Both the position numbers and the translations under genes were made by a program. Below are positions 9,537 through 18,765 of a DNA stretch of 64,000 nucleotides, piece by piece. The notes under the pieces are model-generated. The model was not told the DNA's origin, did not search any database, and saw only the letters and a list, made by a program, of their open reading frames with translations. Where the stretch lies: contig CAWHOW010000045.1 of the NCBI GenBank assembly GCA_963831005.1, positions 9,878 through 73,877 on the forward strand, read 5' to 3'. This DNA is from an uncultured Bacteroidota bacterium (GTDB taxonomy: Bacteria > Bacteroidota > Bacteroidia > Bacteroidales > CG2-30-32-10). Position 1 is the first letter of the stretch. Every line of letters starts with the position of its first letter.

Positions 9537-9704
9537 CTAATGTCACTCAGAGCCGGACAAAGCAAGCGATAGCTTGATATTGTCCGTGTCGAAGAGTGAT
9601 ATAGCGGTCGACTTCGACACGAATCTCATTCAACTATTGTTTCATGAGATTCGGCTCTGCCTGACCGCTATATTAAGAGCTTATTTTTTGTTTACATAAC
9701 ATCA
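9537..9704 (+). repeat. structured about 160-bp intergenic repeat, copy 1
   Basis: Shares both flanks with 17725..17883. Nested stems: tcactc/gagtga, cggacaa/ttgtccg, atagcggtc/gaccgctat. The central segment differs between copies. Confidence 0.8.
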
Positions 9705-9735
9705 GTCTATAAGGCATAAAAGTAATTTATATTAT

Positions 9736-9743
9736 TACTTTTG
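9736..9743 (+). promoter_or_regulatory. candidate -7 box (TAnnTTTG)
   Basis: TACTTTTG lies 26 nt upstream of the ATG at 9769. Confidence 0.4.
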
Positions 9744-9768
9744 CGGCACTAAATAAAGAATTAATAGA

Positions 9769-11172
9769 ATGACAGACACGATCCACAAATTACTAAGGGA
9801 TTCCAAAGCTGCCCGCTGGTCAGCATTATTGATAGTATCCTTTACCATGTTCACTGGTTACTATTTAACCGATGTAATGTCGCCTCTCGAAAGGATGCTC
9901 GATTCGGAATTGCATTGGTCAGCTACTGATTACGGCTGGTTTTCGGGTGCATACAGTTGGTTCAATGTATTCTTTTTCTTCCTCATTTTCGGAGGTATTA
10001 TCCTCGACAAAATGGGTGTCCGCTTTACGGGAATAACATCATGTATTGTTATGGTAATTGGTGCTGGTTTAAAGTACTGGGCTGTTTCCACTCATGCACT
10101 CGATGGACAATCATGGACCATAATATGGACTTTTCCTGCACAGGTTTGGGTGGCATCTATTGGTTTTGCGATATTCGGTGTGGGTTGTGAAGTTATATGT
10201 AATACTATTACTAAAGTGATAGTGAAATGGTTTAAAGGTCATGAAATGGCGCTTGCTATGGGACTTCAGTTAGCTATAGCTCGTTTAGGTACGGCGCTGG
10301 CTCTTTCAACATCTCTTCCCATTGCAAAGGCATTTGGACATGTTGCGGCTCCGGTTTTGATTTGTCTTATCATGCTGTGTATAGGTCTTCTTACATATTT
10401 TGTTTATTGTGTTCAGGATAGAAAACTGGATAAATCGCTAGCTGAAGCAGCATTAAAAGGCAATGACGAACCCGAAGAGGAATTCAGGACTAAAGATCTT
10501 GTGTCTATTATGAAAAACAAAGCATTCTGGTATATTGCCATACTTTGTGTACTATTCTATTCAGCTGTTTTCCCCTTCCTTAAATATGCCACTGAATTAA
10601 TGATAAATAAATTCGGCGTTGATGATTATTATGCGGGGTTAATTCCTTCTTTATTGCCTTTCGGTAATATACTGCTGACACCATTCTTTGGCAGTTATTA
10701 CGATCGAAAAGGAAAAGGTGCTACTATCATGATCATTGGTTCTGTATTGATAATACTGGTGCATTTGCTCTTTGCTATTCCTATTTTCAATAGTTATTTC
10801 TTTGCTATCTTTTTAATCCTGATACTGGGAGTTGGGTTTTCACTTGTTCCTTCTGCCATGTGGCCTTCCGTTCCAAAGTTTATTCCCGAAAATCAATTGG
10901 GAACAGCTTATTCGTTAATTGCATGGGTTCAAAATATCGGATTGTGGGGAGTTCCTTTTATAATAGGATTGGTTCTCGATAAATTTTGCGTTACCGGAAC
11001 AATAATAGTTGAGGGGCATACTGTCACCACTTATAATTACACATTGCCAATGATTATATTTATGTCGTTCGGCGTAACAGCATTGATATTTGCTATTCTC
11101 CTTAAGCGTGAAGACAAGATAAAAGGATACGGTCTGGAATTACCGAATATTAAAAAAGAAGTTGTTGCATAA
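9769..11172 (+). CDS. MFS transporter (paralog 2)
   Basis: 467 aa, collinear with 7037..8467. Shared blocks include FNVF.FFLIFGG.ILDK.GVRFTGI, KGKGATIMIIGS and KREDK.KGYGLELPNIKK. Confidence 0.85.
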   Translation: MTDTIHKLLRDSKAARWSALLIVSFTMFTGYYLTDVMSPLERMLDSELHWSATDYGWFSGAYSWFNVFFFFLIFGGIILDKMGVRFTGITSCIVMVIGAGLKYWAVSTHALDGQSWTIIWTFPAQVWVASIGFAIFGVGCEVICNTITKVIVKWFKGHEMALAMGLQLAIARLGTALALSTSLPIAKAFGHVAAPVLICLIMLCIGLLTYFVYCVQDRKLDKSLAEAALKGNDEPEEEFRTKDLVSIMKNKAFWYIAILCVLFYSAVFPFLKYATELMINKFGVDDYYAGLIPSLLPFGNILLTPFFGSYYDRKGKGATIMIIGSVLIILVHLLFAIPIFNSYFFAIFLILILGVGFSLVPSAMWPSVPKFIPENQLGTAYSLIAWVQNIGLWGVPFIIGLVLDKFCVTGTIIVEGHTVTTYNYTLPMIIFMSFGVTALIFAILLKREDKIKGYGLELPNIKKEVVA

Positions 11173-11190
11173 TCAAATTTAAACTAATTA

Positions 11191-11219
11191 AAAAAGGCGT
11201 CAAGTTTGACGCCTTTTTT
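11191..11219 (+). terminator. rho-independent terminator
   Basis: aaaaaggcgtca agtt tgacgccttttt. The stem sequence is nearly the same as in the terminator of the paralog at 8489. Confidence 0.8.
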
Positions 11220-11268
11220 ATAGGTAATTTATTTTCCTTTAACTTTGTAGATGATAAGAAATCAGGAA

Positions 11269-11949
11269 ATGAAAATTCTAGTCGTATCGGCAACATTCAA
11301 TGAGATCAAAGCTTTGGTTGATCTATTGGAATTGATTGAAAGGAAAGATGATTTTCTCTCTCGATATAAGCTGGATATTAATAAAGAAGTTGATGTGCTT
11401 GTGACGGGCATTGGTATTGCATCCACAGCATATCAATTAGGCAAGTATCTTGTTACGAATAAATGTGATTTTGCTTTCAATTTTGGTATTGCAGGTGCCT
11501 TTGATAAGTCTCTAGGCATAGGTGATGTGGTGAATGTAGATACAGATATTATTTCGGAACTCGGTGCTGAAAATGGTCAGTCTTTCCTGAATTTTGATGA
11601 GTTGAATATGGGAAAAGGCAGCATTGAAAAAACTATATGGAAAGTAAAGAATGATAGTAATATTTGTAATGTTGTATTACAGAAATTGCCAAAAGTAAAA
11701 GACATAACAGTTAATACAGTGCATGGCAATAACGATTCAATTAATAAAGTGATGCAAATCTATCATCCCGATATTGAGACAATGGAGGGGGCTGTATTTT
11801 TGCATATCTGCAATTCCGAGAAAATAAAATGTGCCCAAATTCGTTCTGTTTCAAATTATGTTGAAGAAAGAAATACAGGAAATTGGAATATTCGGTTAGC
11901 TATTGAAACACTTAATGAAACAGCTTTACGGATTATAAATTCTTTATAA
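11269..11949 (+). CDS. mqnB: futalosine hydrolase (nucleoside phosphorylase family)
   Basis: PNP/MTAN-like pattern (KILVVSATFNEI, GIGIASTAY, ETMEGAVF), directly abutting mqnD. The start at 11269 is favoured because TAACTTTG (11240..11247) lies just upstream. Confidence 0.65.
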   Translation: MKILVVSATFNEIKALVDLLELIERKDDFLSRYKLDINKEVDVLVTGIGIASTAYQLGKYLVTNKCDFAFNFGIAGAFDKSLGIGDVVNVDTDIISELGAENGQSFLNFDELNMGKGSIEKTIWKVKNDSNICNVVLQKLPKVKDITVNTVHGNNDSINKVMQIYHPDIETMEGAVFLHICNSEKIKCAQIRSVSNYVEERNTGNWNIRLAIETLNETALRIINSL

Positions 11950-12813
11950 ATGAGCTTTGGTAAATCTGAAATCGTAAATCGTAAATCTAAAATAACTCTC
12001 GGGTTTTCTCCTTGTCCAAACGACACATTTATTTTTGATGCGATGGTTCATGGGAAGATTGATACCGAGGGTTTGTATTTCGATTATATTTTAGCTGATG
12101 TAGAAGAGCTTAACAGGCGGGCATCCAATAATGAGCTTGATGTTACCAAATTGAGTTATTTTGCTTTCGCTTTTATTTCGGATAATTACCAATTGCTGAA
12201 TTCGGGTAGTGCATTGGGAAATAAATGTGGCCCTTTGCTGATCAGTAAAAATGAGATTCCGCTTTCAGAACTCAGAAATTATTCAGTTGCTATTCCTGGA
12301 AAACATACTACTGCTAATTTTCTTTTCAGCATCGCATTCCCTGATGCAGCAAATAAACAGGAAATGCTATTTTCCGACATAGAAAATGCTATTCTTCAGG
12401 ATAAAGTTGATGCAGGAGTGATCATTCATGAAAACCGCTTTACTTATGGACAAAAAGGTTTGGTGAAACTTATCGACTTGGGAGAATACTGGGAAACCCA
12501 AACAAAAATGCCTATACCTCTTGGAGGGATTGCAATTAAACGTTCATTACCTGATGAGGTTAAAAAGAAAGTTGACAGGGTTATTAGCCGCAGTGTGGAA
12601 TATGCTTTTGCAAATCCACGTTCCGCCTATGATTTCATAAAATCAAATGCACAGGAAATGAATGAGGAAGTGATGTATAAACATATTGAACTTTATGTAA
12701 ACAAATTTTCTATCGATCTTGGTGAAGAAGGGAAAAATGCAGTTAATACTATGTTTGAAAAAGCAAAGGAACTGAATATTATTCCTCTCATGCTGGAAGA
12801 CATTTTTGTTTAA
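11950..12813 (+). CDS. mqnD: 1,4-dihydroxy-6-naphthoate synthase
   Basis: LGFSPCPNDTFIFDAMVHGKID is the hallmark N-terminus of MqnD. The ATG overlaps the mqnB stop codon (taaatg). The first about 14 codons contain the odd repeat aaatcgtaaatcgtaaatc. Confidence 0.7.
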   Translation: MSFGKSEIVNRKSKITLGFSPCPNDTFIFDAMVHGKIDTEGLYFDYILADVEELNRRASNNELDVTKLSYFAFAFISDNYQLLNSGSALGNKCGPLLISKNEIPLSELRNYSVAIPGKHTTANFLFSIAFPDAANKQEMLFSDIENAILQDKVDAGVIIHENRFTYGQKGLVKLIDLGEYWETQTKMPIPLGGIAIKRSLPDEVKKKVDRVISRSVEYAFANPRSAYDFIKSNAQEMNEEVMYKHIELYVNKFSIDLGEEGKNAVNTMFEKAKELNIIPLMLEDIFV

Positions 12814-12853
12814 ACAGTAAAAATTTATTTTCATACTTTTACTAAAAAATATT

Positions 12854-13819
12854 ATGATAGTTGTAACAGGCGCAGCGGGCTTTATTGGAAGCTGCATGGT
12901 GAACAAGCTGAACAATAAAGGTTATCGGGAAATAGTAGTTGTAGATGACTTTTCCACTCCCGCAAAGAATAAGAACCTTGAAGGGAAAGCATTTGTTCAG
13001 AAGGTTCATCGCAATGATTTTTTCAACTGGTTAAAGGAAAACCATTCATCTGTTACTTTTGTTTTTCATCTCGGAGCACGCACGGATACTACAGAATTTA
13101 ATATTGAGATATTCAACAGACTCAACCTTAATTACAGCAAAACCATGTGGAATGCCTGCGCTGAATATAACATTCCGCTTATTTATGCATCGTCTGCCGC
13201 CACTTACGGTATGGGCGAATTCGGTTACAGCGACAATCATGAACTGCTTGAAAAATTAAAACCGCTTAACCCTTATGGCGAATCGAAAAATGATTTTGAC
13301 AAATGGATGCTACATCAGGATGGGAAACCTCCTTACTGGGCAGGTGTAAAATTCTTCAATGTTTACGGGCCTAATGAATATCACAAAGGGAGAATGGCAT
13401 CGGTTGTGTTGCATGCATACAAGCAAATTAAAGAAACTGGAAAAGTAAAATTATTCCGTTCGCATAATCCTGATTATAAAGACGGCGAACAACTTCGTGA
13501 TTTTATTTATGTGAAAGATATCATTAATCTTCTCTGGCTTGGAATGATGTACAAGCAAAACAGCAGCATTTACAATATGGGAACAGGCAAAGCCCGTACT
13601 TTTCACAGCCTGGCTACAGCAGTCTTCAATGCTTTAGGAAAACCTGTCAATATTGAATTTATTGATACCCCTGAAGACATCCGTGACAAATACCAGTACT
13701 TTACTCAGGCTGATATGAGCAAACTGCATTCACTTGATTACAATATTCCATTCTATTCGCTGGAAGACGGGATTGAAGATTACGTGCAGGGATATTTGAT
13801 GAGTGGAAATTATTATTAA
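12854..13819 (+). CDS. hldD: ADP-L-glycero-D-manno-heptose 6-epimerase
   Basis: Collinear with E. coli HldD/RfaD as recalled: MIVVTGAAGFIGS, YASSAATYG, FFNVYGPNEYHKGRMASV, YQYFTQADM. Confidence 0.9.
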   Translation: MIVVTGAAGFIGSCMVNKLNNKGYREIVVVDDFSTPAKNKNLEGKAFVQKVHRNDFFNWLKENHSSVTFVFHLGARTDTTEFNIEIFNRLNLNYSKTMWNACAEYNIPLIYASSAATYGMGEFGYSDNHELLEKLKPLNPYGESKNDFDKWMLHQDGKPPYWAGVKFFNVYGPNEYHKGRMASVVLHAYKQIKETGKVKLFRSHNPDYKDGEQLRDFIYVKDIINLLWLGMMYKQNSSIYNMGTGKARTFHSLATAVFNALGKPVNIEFIDTPEDIRDKYQYFTQADMSKLHSLDYNIPFYSLEDGIEDYVQGYLMSGNYY

Positions 13820-13833
13820 ACCATTTACCCTAA

Positions 13834-15190
13834 CAATAGTCCGTTAATTTATTTACAATATTCAACAAGCAATTTTGCCTAACCACAAGGCATCACGATA
13901 AACTCTTTTTATTTTTTTGCAACTCATATCAATTTCTAAGTTTGCAAAAATTCTATCTGCCATGATTTTATTGAGATGCATTGTTTTTATATCACACATG
14001 GAAAATGATTCAGTTTTAGCTTTTCTATACTTTAAAAAGTAAACCGCTTTGGCAATTGAAACAGCAGTCAAAGAGGCATTAAAATGAAAGTGCATTTTAC
14101 TTTCACTTCTTGCCTGGCATTCTGTTAATCCTGTATATTGTTTTGCATCCCTGAACAAAAATTCAATTTGGTACCTACCTTTGTAATACAGGTAAATTGT
14201 TTGTCCATCCAAATCTAAATCCGTTGAAAATAGTACCGCATATGCCCCATTGCTTTGTTCAATATAGGACAGTTTTATCTTTCGCTTTAATGACTTGCTG
14301 TAAACAACACCTTCATATATTTTTATTTCATCATCTTCATAGCAACATTTGATTCGTCGTTTATCGATCTGCTGCATCTTTAATTTGCCATCTAATGTTC
14401 TTGGTCTGCCTCGTAAACCAGTTGCTTCTCCTTTGTAAATATAATACAGGTTTGCATCACTCCGCATTTTGCTAACCACTTGTAGCTCGGTTTGATTCAT
14501 TATTGGATTTATGAATTCTTTTTTTGCAAAATATCCATCAACTGCCAAATACCGTGAAAAAGATATTAATCTTTCTTTTCGTTCAATTACCAAAGACACA
14601 TAGTGCGTCACCAATGTTTTACCTTCTGTTTTAAGTTCCTTCGTTGATGGTGTTTGAATGGCTTCCAAAGAAAAAGCTGTATTGTTTTCAACATCTATTA
14701 CGGCAAACCCACCTATCTCTATTCCCTTTAATACCTTTTGCGAACACCCGCTCCAAAATTTTCCAAGATGCTCCGTTTCTTTTCCGCTTTTTGGAATATA
14801 GCTCGGGTCGAATACATTTACCAAATGACGGGAACAGTTTGACTTTATCAGGTTCGTATTAAATTCAATAAAATCGAATGCCTTATCAAATTGATTCCTA
14901 TATGTCTGTTCTCCGTAATCCCCGTACCGTGCCATGTTTAGAAAATTATATCTGCCTCGTAATCCTAAATACAACATGAATATGCTTATCATAAACTTTT
15001 GCTTGGCTTTGTTCAATCCAGTCATTTTTCTTATTATTGCATCAATAAAAGCCTCGCTCTTATTATTAGCATCAAGTGTAATGTTCTTCATAAAACAAAG
15101 CTTGATGCTTTTTCTTTTGCACCTACATACAGTCCCTTTATGTTTTTTACATATCTCTGTTTATATCATTAAATTCTTACCGAACTATTG
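13834..15190 (-). mobile_element. complete IS element (1357 bp), IS4-superfamily DDE type, with 6-bp target duplication
   Basis: Inverted ends caatagtccgttaa (13834) and ttaccgaactattg (15177..15190). They are flanked directly by ccctaa at 13828..13833 and again at 15191..15196. Confidence 0.8.
13862..15091 (-). CDS. DDE transposase (IS4-superfamily-like)
   Basis: 409-aa ORF. The C-terminal YKGRYQIEFLFRDAKQ fits the Y-x2-R-x3-E-x6-K signature of IS4-type transposases. Confidence 0.8.
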   Translation of the reverse strand: MKNITLDANNKSEAFIDAIIRKMTGLNKAKQKFMISIFMLYLGLRGRYNFLNMARYGDYGEQTYRNQFDKAFDFIEFNTNLIKSNCSRHLVNVFDPSYIPKSGKETEHLGKFWSGCSQKVLKGIEIGGFAVIDVENNTAFSLEAIQTPSTKELKTEGKTLVTHYVSLVIERKERLISFSRYLAVDGYFAKKEFINPIMNQTELQVVSKMRSDANLYYIYKGEATGLRGRPRTLDGKLKMQQIDKRRIKCCYEDDEIKIYEGVVYSKSLKRKIKLSYIEQSNGAYAVLFSTDLDLDGQTIYLYYKGRYQIEFLFRDAKQYTGLTECQARSESKMHFHFNASLTAVSIAKAVYFLKYRKAKTESFSMCDIKTMHLNKIMADRIFANLEIDMSCKKIKRVYRDALWLGKIAC

Positions 15191-15244
15191 CCCTAATATT
15201 ACTATCATTTAAAAGCATTTGTTATTTTTTGCAAAAAATAAAAT

Positions 15245-17071
15245 TTGAAAAAATATTTCTATAGTCTATTATTATTTTGCTTTTTATTTGGAATAAGCCA
15301 TTCTTTTGCCCAGCAAAGAAAAATAGATAGCCTCCAATTACTTTTACATTCGGCTAAAGAAGATACGGTAAAAATAAACTTACTTAATGACTTATGCTGG
15401 GAATATAAATTTTCAAATCCATATACCGCACTGTTATTGGCAAAACAAGCATTATCACTATCTCAAAAAGCTCTTTACTCCAAAGGAATAATACAAGCTT
15501 ATTCGCGGACAGGAGTGATATATTCGAGCATGTCTGAATATAAAAAGGCTTTTGAAAACATGTTCAACTCACTAAAAATAGCTGAATTATGTAACAACAA
15601 AGATGGTATGGTAAGCGCGTATAACAATATTGGTATTCTTTATAAGGGACAAAAACAATACGATAAGGCATTAATTTATTATTTTAATGCCCTTAAAATA
15701 AATATAGAAGGCAAAGACAATACACGAATATCTGCTAATTACGATAATATTGGAAACATTTATTTTTTGTCAGGTTTATATCATAAGGCTCTTAATTATT
15801 ACATTATGGCATTGAGCATAGAAGAAATAAATAATAAATACGGTATGGGCAATTCGCTGAACAATATGGGAAATTGCTATTTGAAATTAGGAGATGATTT
15901 TAAGGCGGAAGAATGTTATCAAAAATCTTTAAAAATAAAAAGAGAAATTGATGATAAAAGAGGAATAACTTCCACACTGATAAACATTGCCGATATTTAT
16001 AAAAAGAATCGAAAATACAAAGAAGCAACAAAATATTATAATGATGGTCTCCCGATTGCAAGACAGATAAGCGCTAAATCAATAATAAAAATGTTGTATG
16101 GTCGTATTGCCACTATGGATTCTTTGTTTGGCGATTTCAAAAACGCATTTATTTACTATCAATTATATTATGCGATGAACGATAGTATTTATAATGAGAA
16201 TAGCCAAAAAGTTATTGCCGAAATGCAAACCAAATACGAAACAGAAAAAAAGCAAAGAGAAATTGAAATTCAGAAGTTAAAAATCGACAATATCAATGTG
16301 GTAAAAAGGAACCTGTGGCTGTTACTAAGCGTATGCATGTTACTTCTTTTATTGACACTATTGTTTTTTAATCGTTATCGTATTAAACAAAGAGAAAAAT
16401 TAAGCATATTGCAAATCGCACAACAGGAAACGCTTTTCAAAACCATCATAAAGATACAGGAAGATGAGCGCAATCGTTTTTCTAAGGATATACACGACGG
16501 AATGGGACAATATCTTTCTGCTTTAAAAATGAATATCAGCAGCTTAATGCCTAAATATAATCATCATACAAATGAAATGGAAAGCAGTGTTAATGATATT
16601 AATGAATTAGTTGATGAATTATACAAAGAAATACGAAATATTTCATTCAATATTATGCCTGCTGTTCTTGTAAATAATGGACTTTTTTCGGCGCTTGAAG
16701 AATTGACAGGAAAAATAAAAAAAACAAGCGGTTGTGATATAAAGCTGGATACATTTTATTGTATTAACAGGTTTGATTCGTTATTTGAAATAAACATTTA
16801 TCGTATTATCCAGGAATTGTTAAATAACATAATAAAATATGCAAAGTCGACAAATATAAATGTTCAAATTACTCAGCATGAAAATGAACTTAATATAATA
16901 ATTGAAGATAACGGGATTGGATTTGATACCGCTTTATTAGATAAAAACACCGGAAATGGCTGGCGCAATATAAAATCAAGACTGCAACTTCATAAAGGTA
17001 CAATTCATATCGACTCTGAACCTGGAAGAAGAGGTACAACTGCAATAATTGATATTTCATTAATCAACTGA
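15245..17071 (+). CDS. TPR-repeat sensor histidine kinase (NarL/HisKA_3 type)
   Basis: Signal peptide, multiple TPR-like repeats, one TM segment, an H-box (FSKDIHDGMGQYLSAL) and an ATPase domain (DNGIGF, GNGWRNI). TTG start. Confidence 0.85.
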   Translation: MKKYFYSLLLFCFLFGISHSFAQQRKIDSLQLLLHSAKEDTVKINLLNDLCWEYKFSNPYTALLLAKQALSLSQKALYSKGIIQAYSRTGVIYSSMSEYKKAFENMFNSLKIAELCNNKDGMVSAYNNIGILYKGQKQYDKALIYYFNALKINIEGKDNTRISANYDNIGNIYFLSGLYHKALNYYIMALSIEEINNKYGMGNSLNNMGNCYLKLGDDFKAEECYQKSLKIKREIDDKRGITSTLINIADIYKKNRKYKEATKYYNDGLPIARQISAKSIIKMLYGRIATMDSLFGDFKNAFIYYQLYYAMNDSIYNENSQKVIAEMQTKYETEKKQREIEIQKLKIDNINVVKRNLWLLLSVCMLLLLLTLLFFNRYRIKQREKLSILQIAQQETLFKTIIKIQEDERNRFSKDIHDGMGQYLSALKMNISSLMPKYNHHTNEMESSVNDINELVDELYKEIRNISFNIMPAVLVNNGLFSALEELTGKIKKTSGCDIKLDTFYCINRFDSLFEINIYRIIQELLNNIIKYAKSTNINVQITQHENELNIIIEDNGIGFDTALLDKNTGNGWRNIKSRLQLHKGTIHIDSEPGRRGTTAIIDISLIN

Positions 17072-17077
17072 AGCAAT

Positions 17078-17710
17078 ATGGAAAATGAACCTGACATAAA
17101 AATCCTTATCATTGATGATCACCAGATTTTAATTGACGGCATAAAAAAATTGTTGTTTCAATCAAAATTTAAAGTGATTGCCGAAGCTAACAACCGAGCC
17201 GAAGCTTTAGCTGTTATTTCAATCACGGATATAGATATTATTATATGTGATATTAGTATTCCCGACATAAATAACGGGATGTTGATTATTAAAGAAATCA
17301 GGAAAAAATTCCCTGAAATTAAAATTGTTGTTTTAAGCATGCACGATGAAAGAAGTATTGTTTATGATGCGATCAACTATGGTGTAAGCGCATATTTATT
17401 AAAAAATATAAACCAGGAACAATTAATATGTGCCCTGAAGAAAGTGCAAATGAATAAATTTTATATAAGTGAAGAAATTTCCGACTACCTGGTAGAAAAA
17501 TTTCGTAATGCCCCCGACCCATTTTTGTCTGATCGTGAAAGCGAAATACTCAAGCTTATCATAAGGGAATATTCTAATAAAACAATAGCCGAAACATTGT
17601 TCATAAGTGAACGGACTGTTGAAACGCACCGGAAAAATATTTACCGGAAAACAAATTCAAATACTATTGTCGGTTTAATTAAATATGCTATTGAAAACAA
17701 ACTCGGTTGA
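17078..17710 (+). CDS. LuxR/NarL-family response regulator
   Basis: Receiver domain (ILIIDDH, DIIICDISIPD) plus a C-terminal LuxR HTH (LSDRESEILKLI..NKTIAETLFISERTVETHRKNIYRK). Confidence 0.9.
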   Translation: MENEPDIKILIIDDHQILIDGIKKLLFQSKFKVIAEANNRAEALAVISITDIDIIICDISIPDINNGMLIIKEIRKKFPEIKIVVLSMHDERSIVYDAINYGVSAYLLKNINQEQLICALKKVQMNKFYISEEISDYLVEKFRNAPDPFLSDRESEILKLIIREYSNKTIAETLFISERTVETHRKNIYRKTNSNTIVGLIKYAIENKLG

Positions 17711-17724
17711 AGTCTTTTCTTACG

Positions 17725-17883
17725 CTAATGTCACTCAGAGCCGGGCAAAACAAGCGATAGCTTGATTTTGTCCGTGTCGAAGAGTGATATAGCGGTCGAC
17801 TTCGACGCGCTTCTCCTTCCACTGTCGAATCGGCTATGTCTGACCGCTATATTTAGCAATTATTTTTTGTTTGCGTAACATCA
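17725..17883 (+). repeat. structured about 160-bp intergenic repeat, copy 2
   Basis: Begins 15 nt after the response-regulator stop. Same flanks and outer stems as 9537..9704, with a different central hairpin. Confidence 0.8.
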
Positions 17884-17930
17884 TTTAATAATATCCGAAA
17901 GCCCATCGGACAGAATTGTTTTCCCCTGAC

Positions 17931-17974
17931 CCAAAATCCGTACTGCTACGGATAGAAAACACCAAGTTACCACA
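17931..17974 (+). repeat. about 45-nt direct repeat, copy A (left of TPR gene)
   Basis: ccaaaatccgtactgctacggatagaaaacaccaagttaccaca compared with 18720..18765. Contains the hairpin atccgta ctgc tacggat. Confidence 0.7.
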
Positions 17975-18068
17975 ACCAATAAAGCTTATTAGTTGCCATA
18001 TTTTTGCAAAATTATTCACAAGCAGGTTTTGAGATTAGTTTGTGAGTTTTCTTCATAGAGTTGAGTTT

Positions 18069-18112
18069 CCTTGCCAACCCTGTCTGCCAACCGGCAGACA
18101 GGGTTGGCAAGG
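18069..18112. repeat. perfect 20-bp-stem GC-rich hairpin
   Basis: ccttgccaaccctgtctgcc aacc ggcagacagggttggcaagg. Related ccttgcc/ggcaagg and ctgcc/ggcag palindromes occur at 21125..21155 and 24339..24357. Confidence 0.85.
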
Positions 18113-18171
18113 TGTTAAATCAGCAATTATTTATTGTTATTGATATTACCTAAAAAATACACACTAAAACG

Positions 18172-18675
18172 ATGAGCAAACTTACATTTTTAATTATTTT
18201 TTGTTTTGCTTGTACTTTTATTCAGGCACAAACAGCAGATGAATATGTAAAAAATGGTAATGCAAAATTATTACTAAATAATTATACGGAAGCAATAGAA
18301 GATTACAATAAAGCGATAGAAATTGATCCAGAGAATGCAAAGGCATACTTCGGTCGTGGTTATGCAAAGATAAAGTTAAGCGATTATACAGGTGCAATAT
18401 CAGATAACACCAAAGCAATAGAAATTAACCCTGAGGATGCATGGACTTACTGCTGTCGTGGTAATGCAAAAGTTAATATGGGCGATTACACGGGAGCAAT
18501 AGTAGATTTCGACAAAGCGATAGAGATAAGCCCGAATTTTGATGTGGCATACATCAATCGTGGTGTTGCAAAGTTTAGTCTTAGTGATAAAGAAGGTGCT
18601 TGTTTAGACTGGAATAAAGCAGAAGATCTTGGTTACAGCGCTGCTTATGATGTTATAAATAAATATTGCCGTTAA
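18172..18675 (+). CDS. secreted tetratricopeptide-repeat protein
   Basis: Signal peptide followed by four TPR units (Y..A..DY.KAIEI.P..A.AY..RG). Confidence 0.85.
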   Translation: MSKLTFLIIFCFACTFIQAQTADEYVKNGNAKLLLNNYTEAIEDYNKAIEIDPENAKAYFGRGYAKIKLSDYTGAISDNTKAIEINPEDAWTYCCRGNAKVNMGDYTGAIVDFDKAIEISPNFDVAYINRGVAKFSLSDKEGACLDWNKAEDLGYSAAYDVINKYCR

Positions 18676-18719
18676 AATTCACAAACAGAAAACACAACAA
18701 ACTGTTTTGTTTTTTCCAA

Positions 18720-18765
18720 CCAAAAAATCCGTACTGCCACTGATACTAAATACCAAGTTACCACA
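18720..18765 (+). repeat. about 45-nt direct repeat, copy B (right of TPR gene)
   Basis: ccaaaaaatccgtactgccactgatactaaataccaagttaccaca; roughly four-fifths identical to copy A by eye. Confidence 0.7.

Noticed and set aside
11950-11995. Wrong start for mqnD because of the odd repeat aaatcgtaaatcgtaaatc in its first codons
   Set aside because: No alternative in-frame start exists between 11950 and the conserved LGFSPCPND motif. The ATG overlaps the mqnB stop in a typical coupled arrangement, so 11950 is kept.
12643-12915. 90-aa minus-strand ORF spanning the mqnD/hldD junction
   Set aside because: It overlaps two well-supported + genes and their spacer, and its product is low-complexity and F/I/K-rich.
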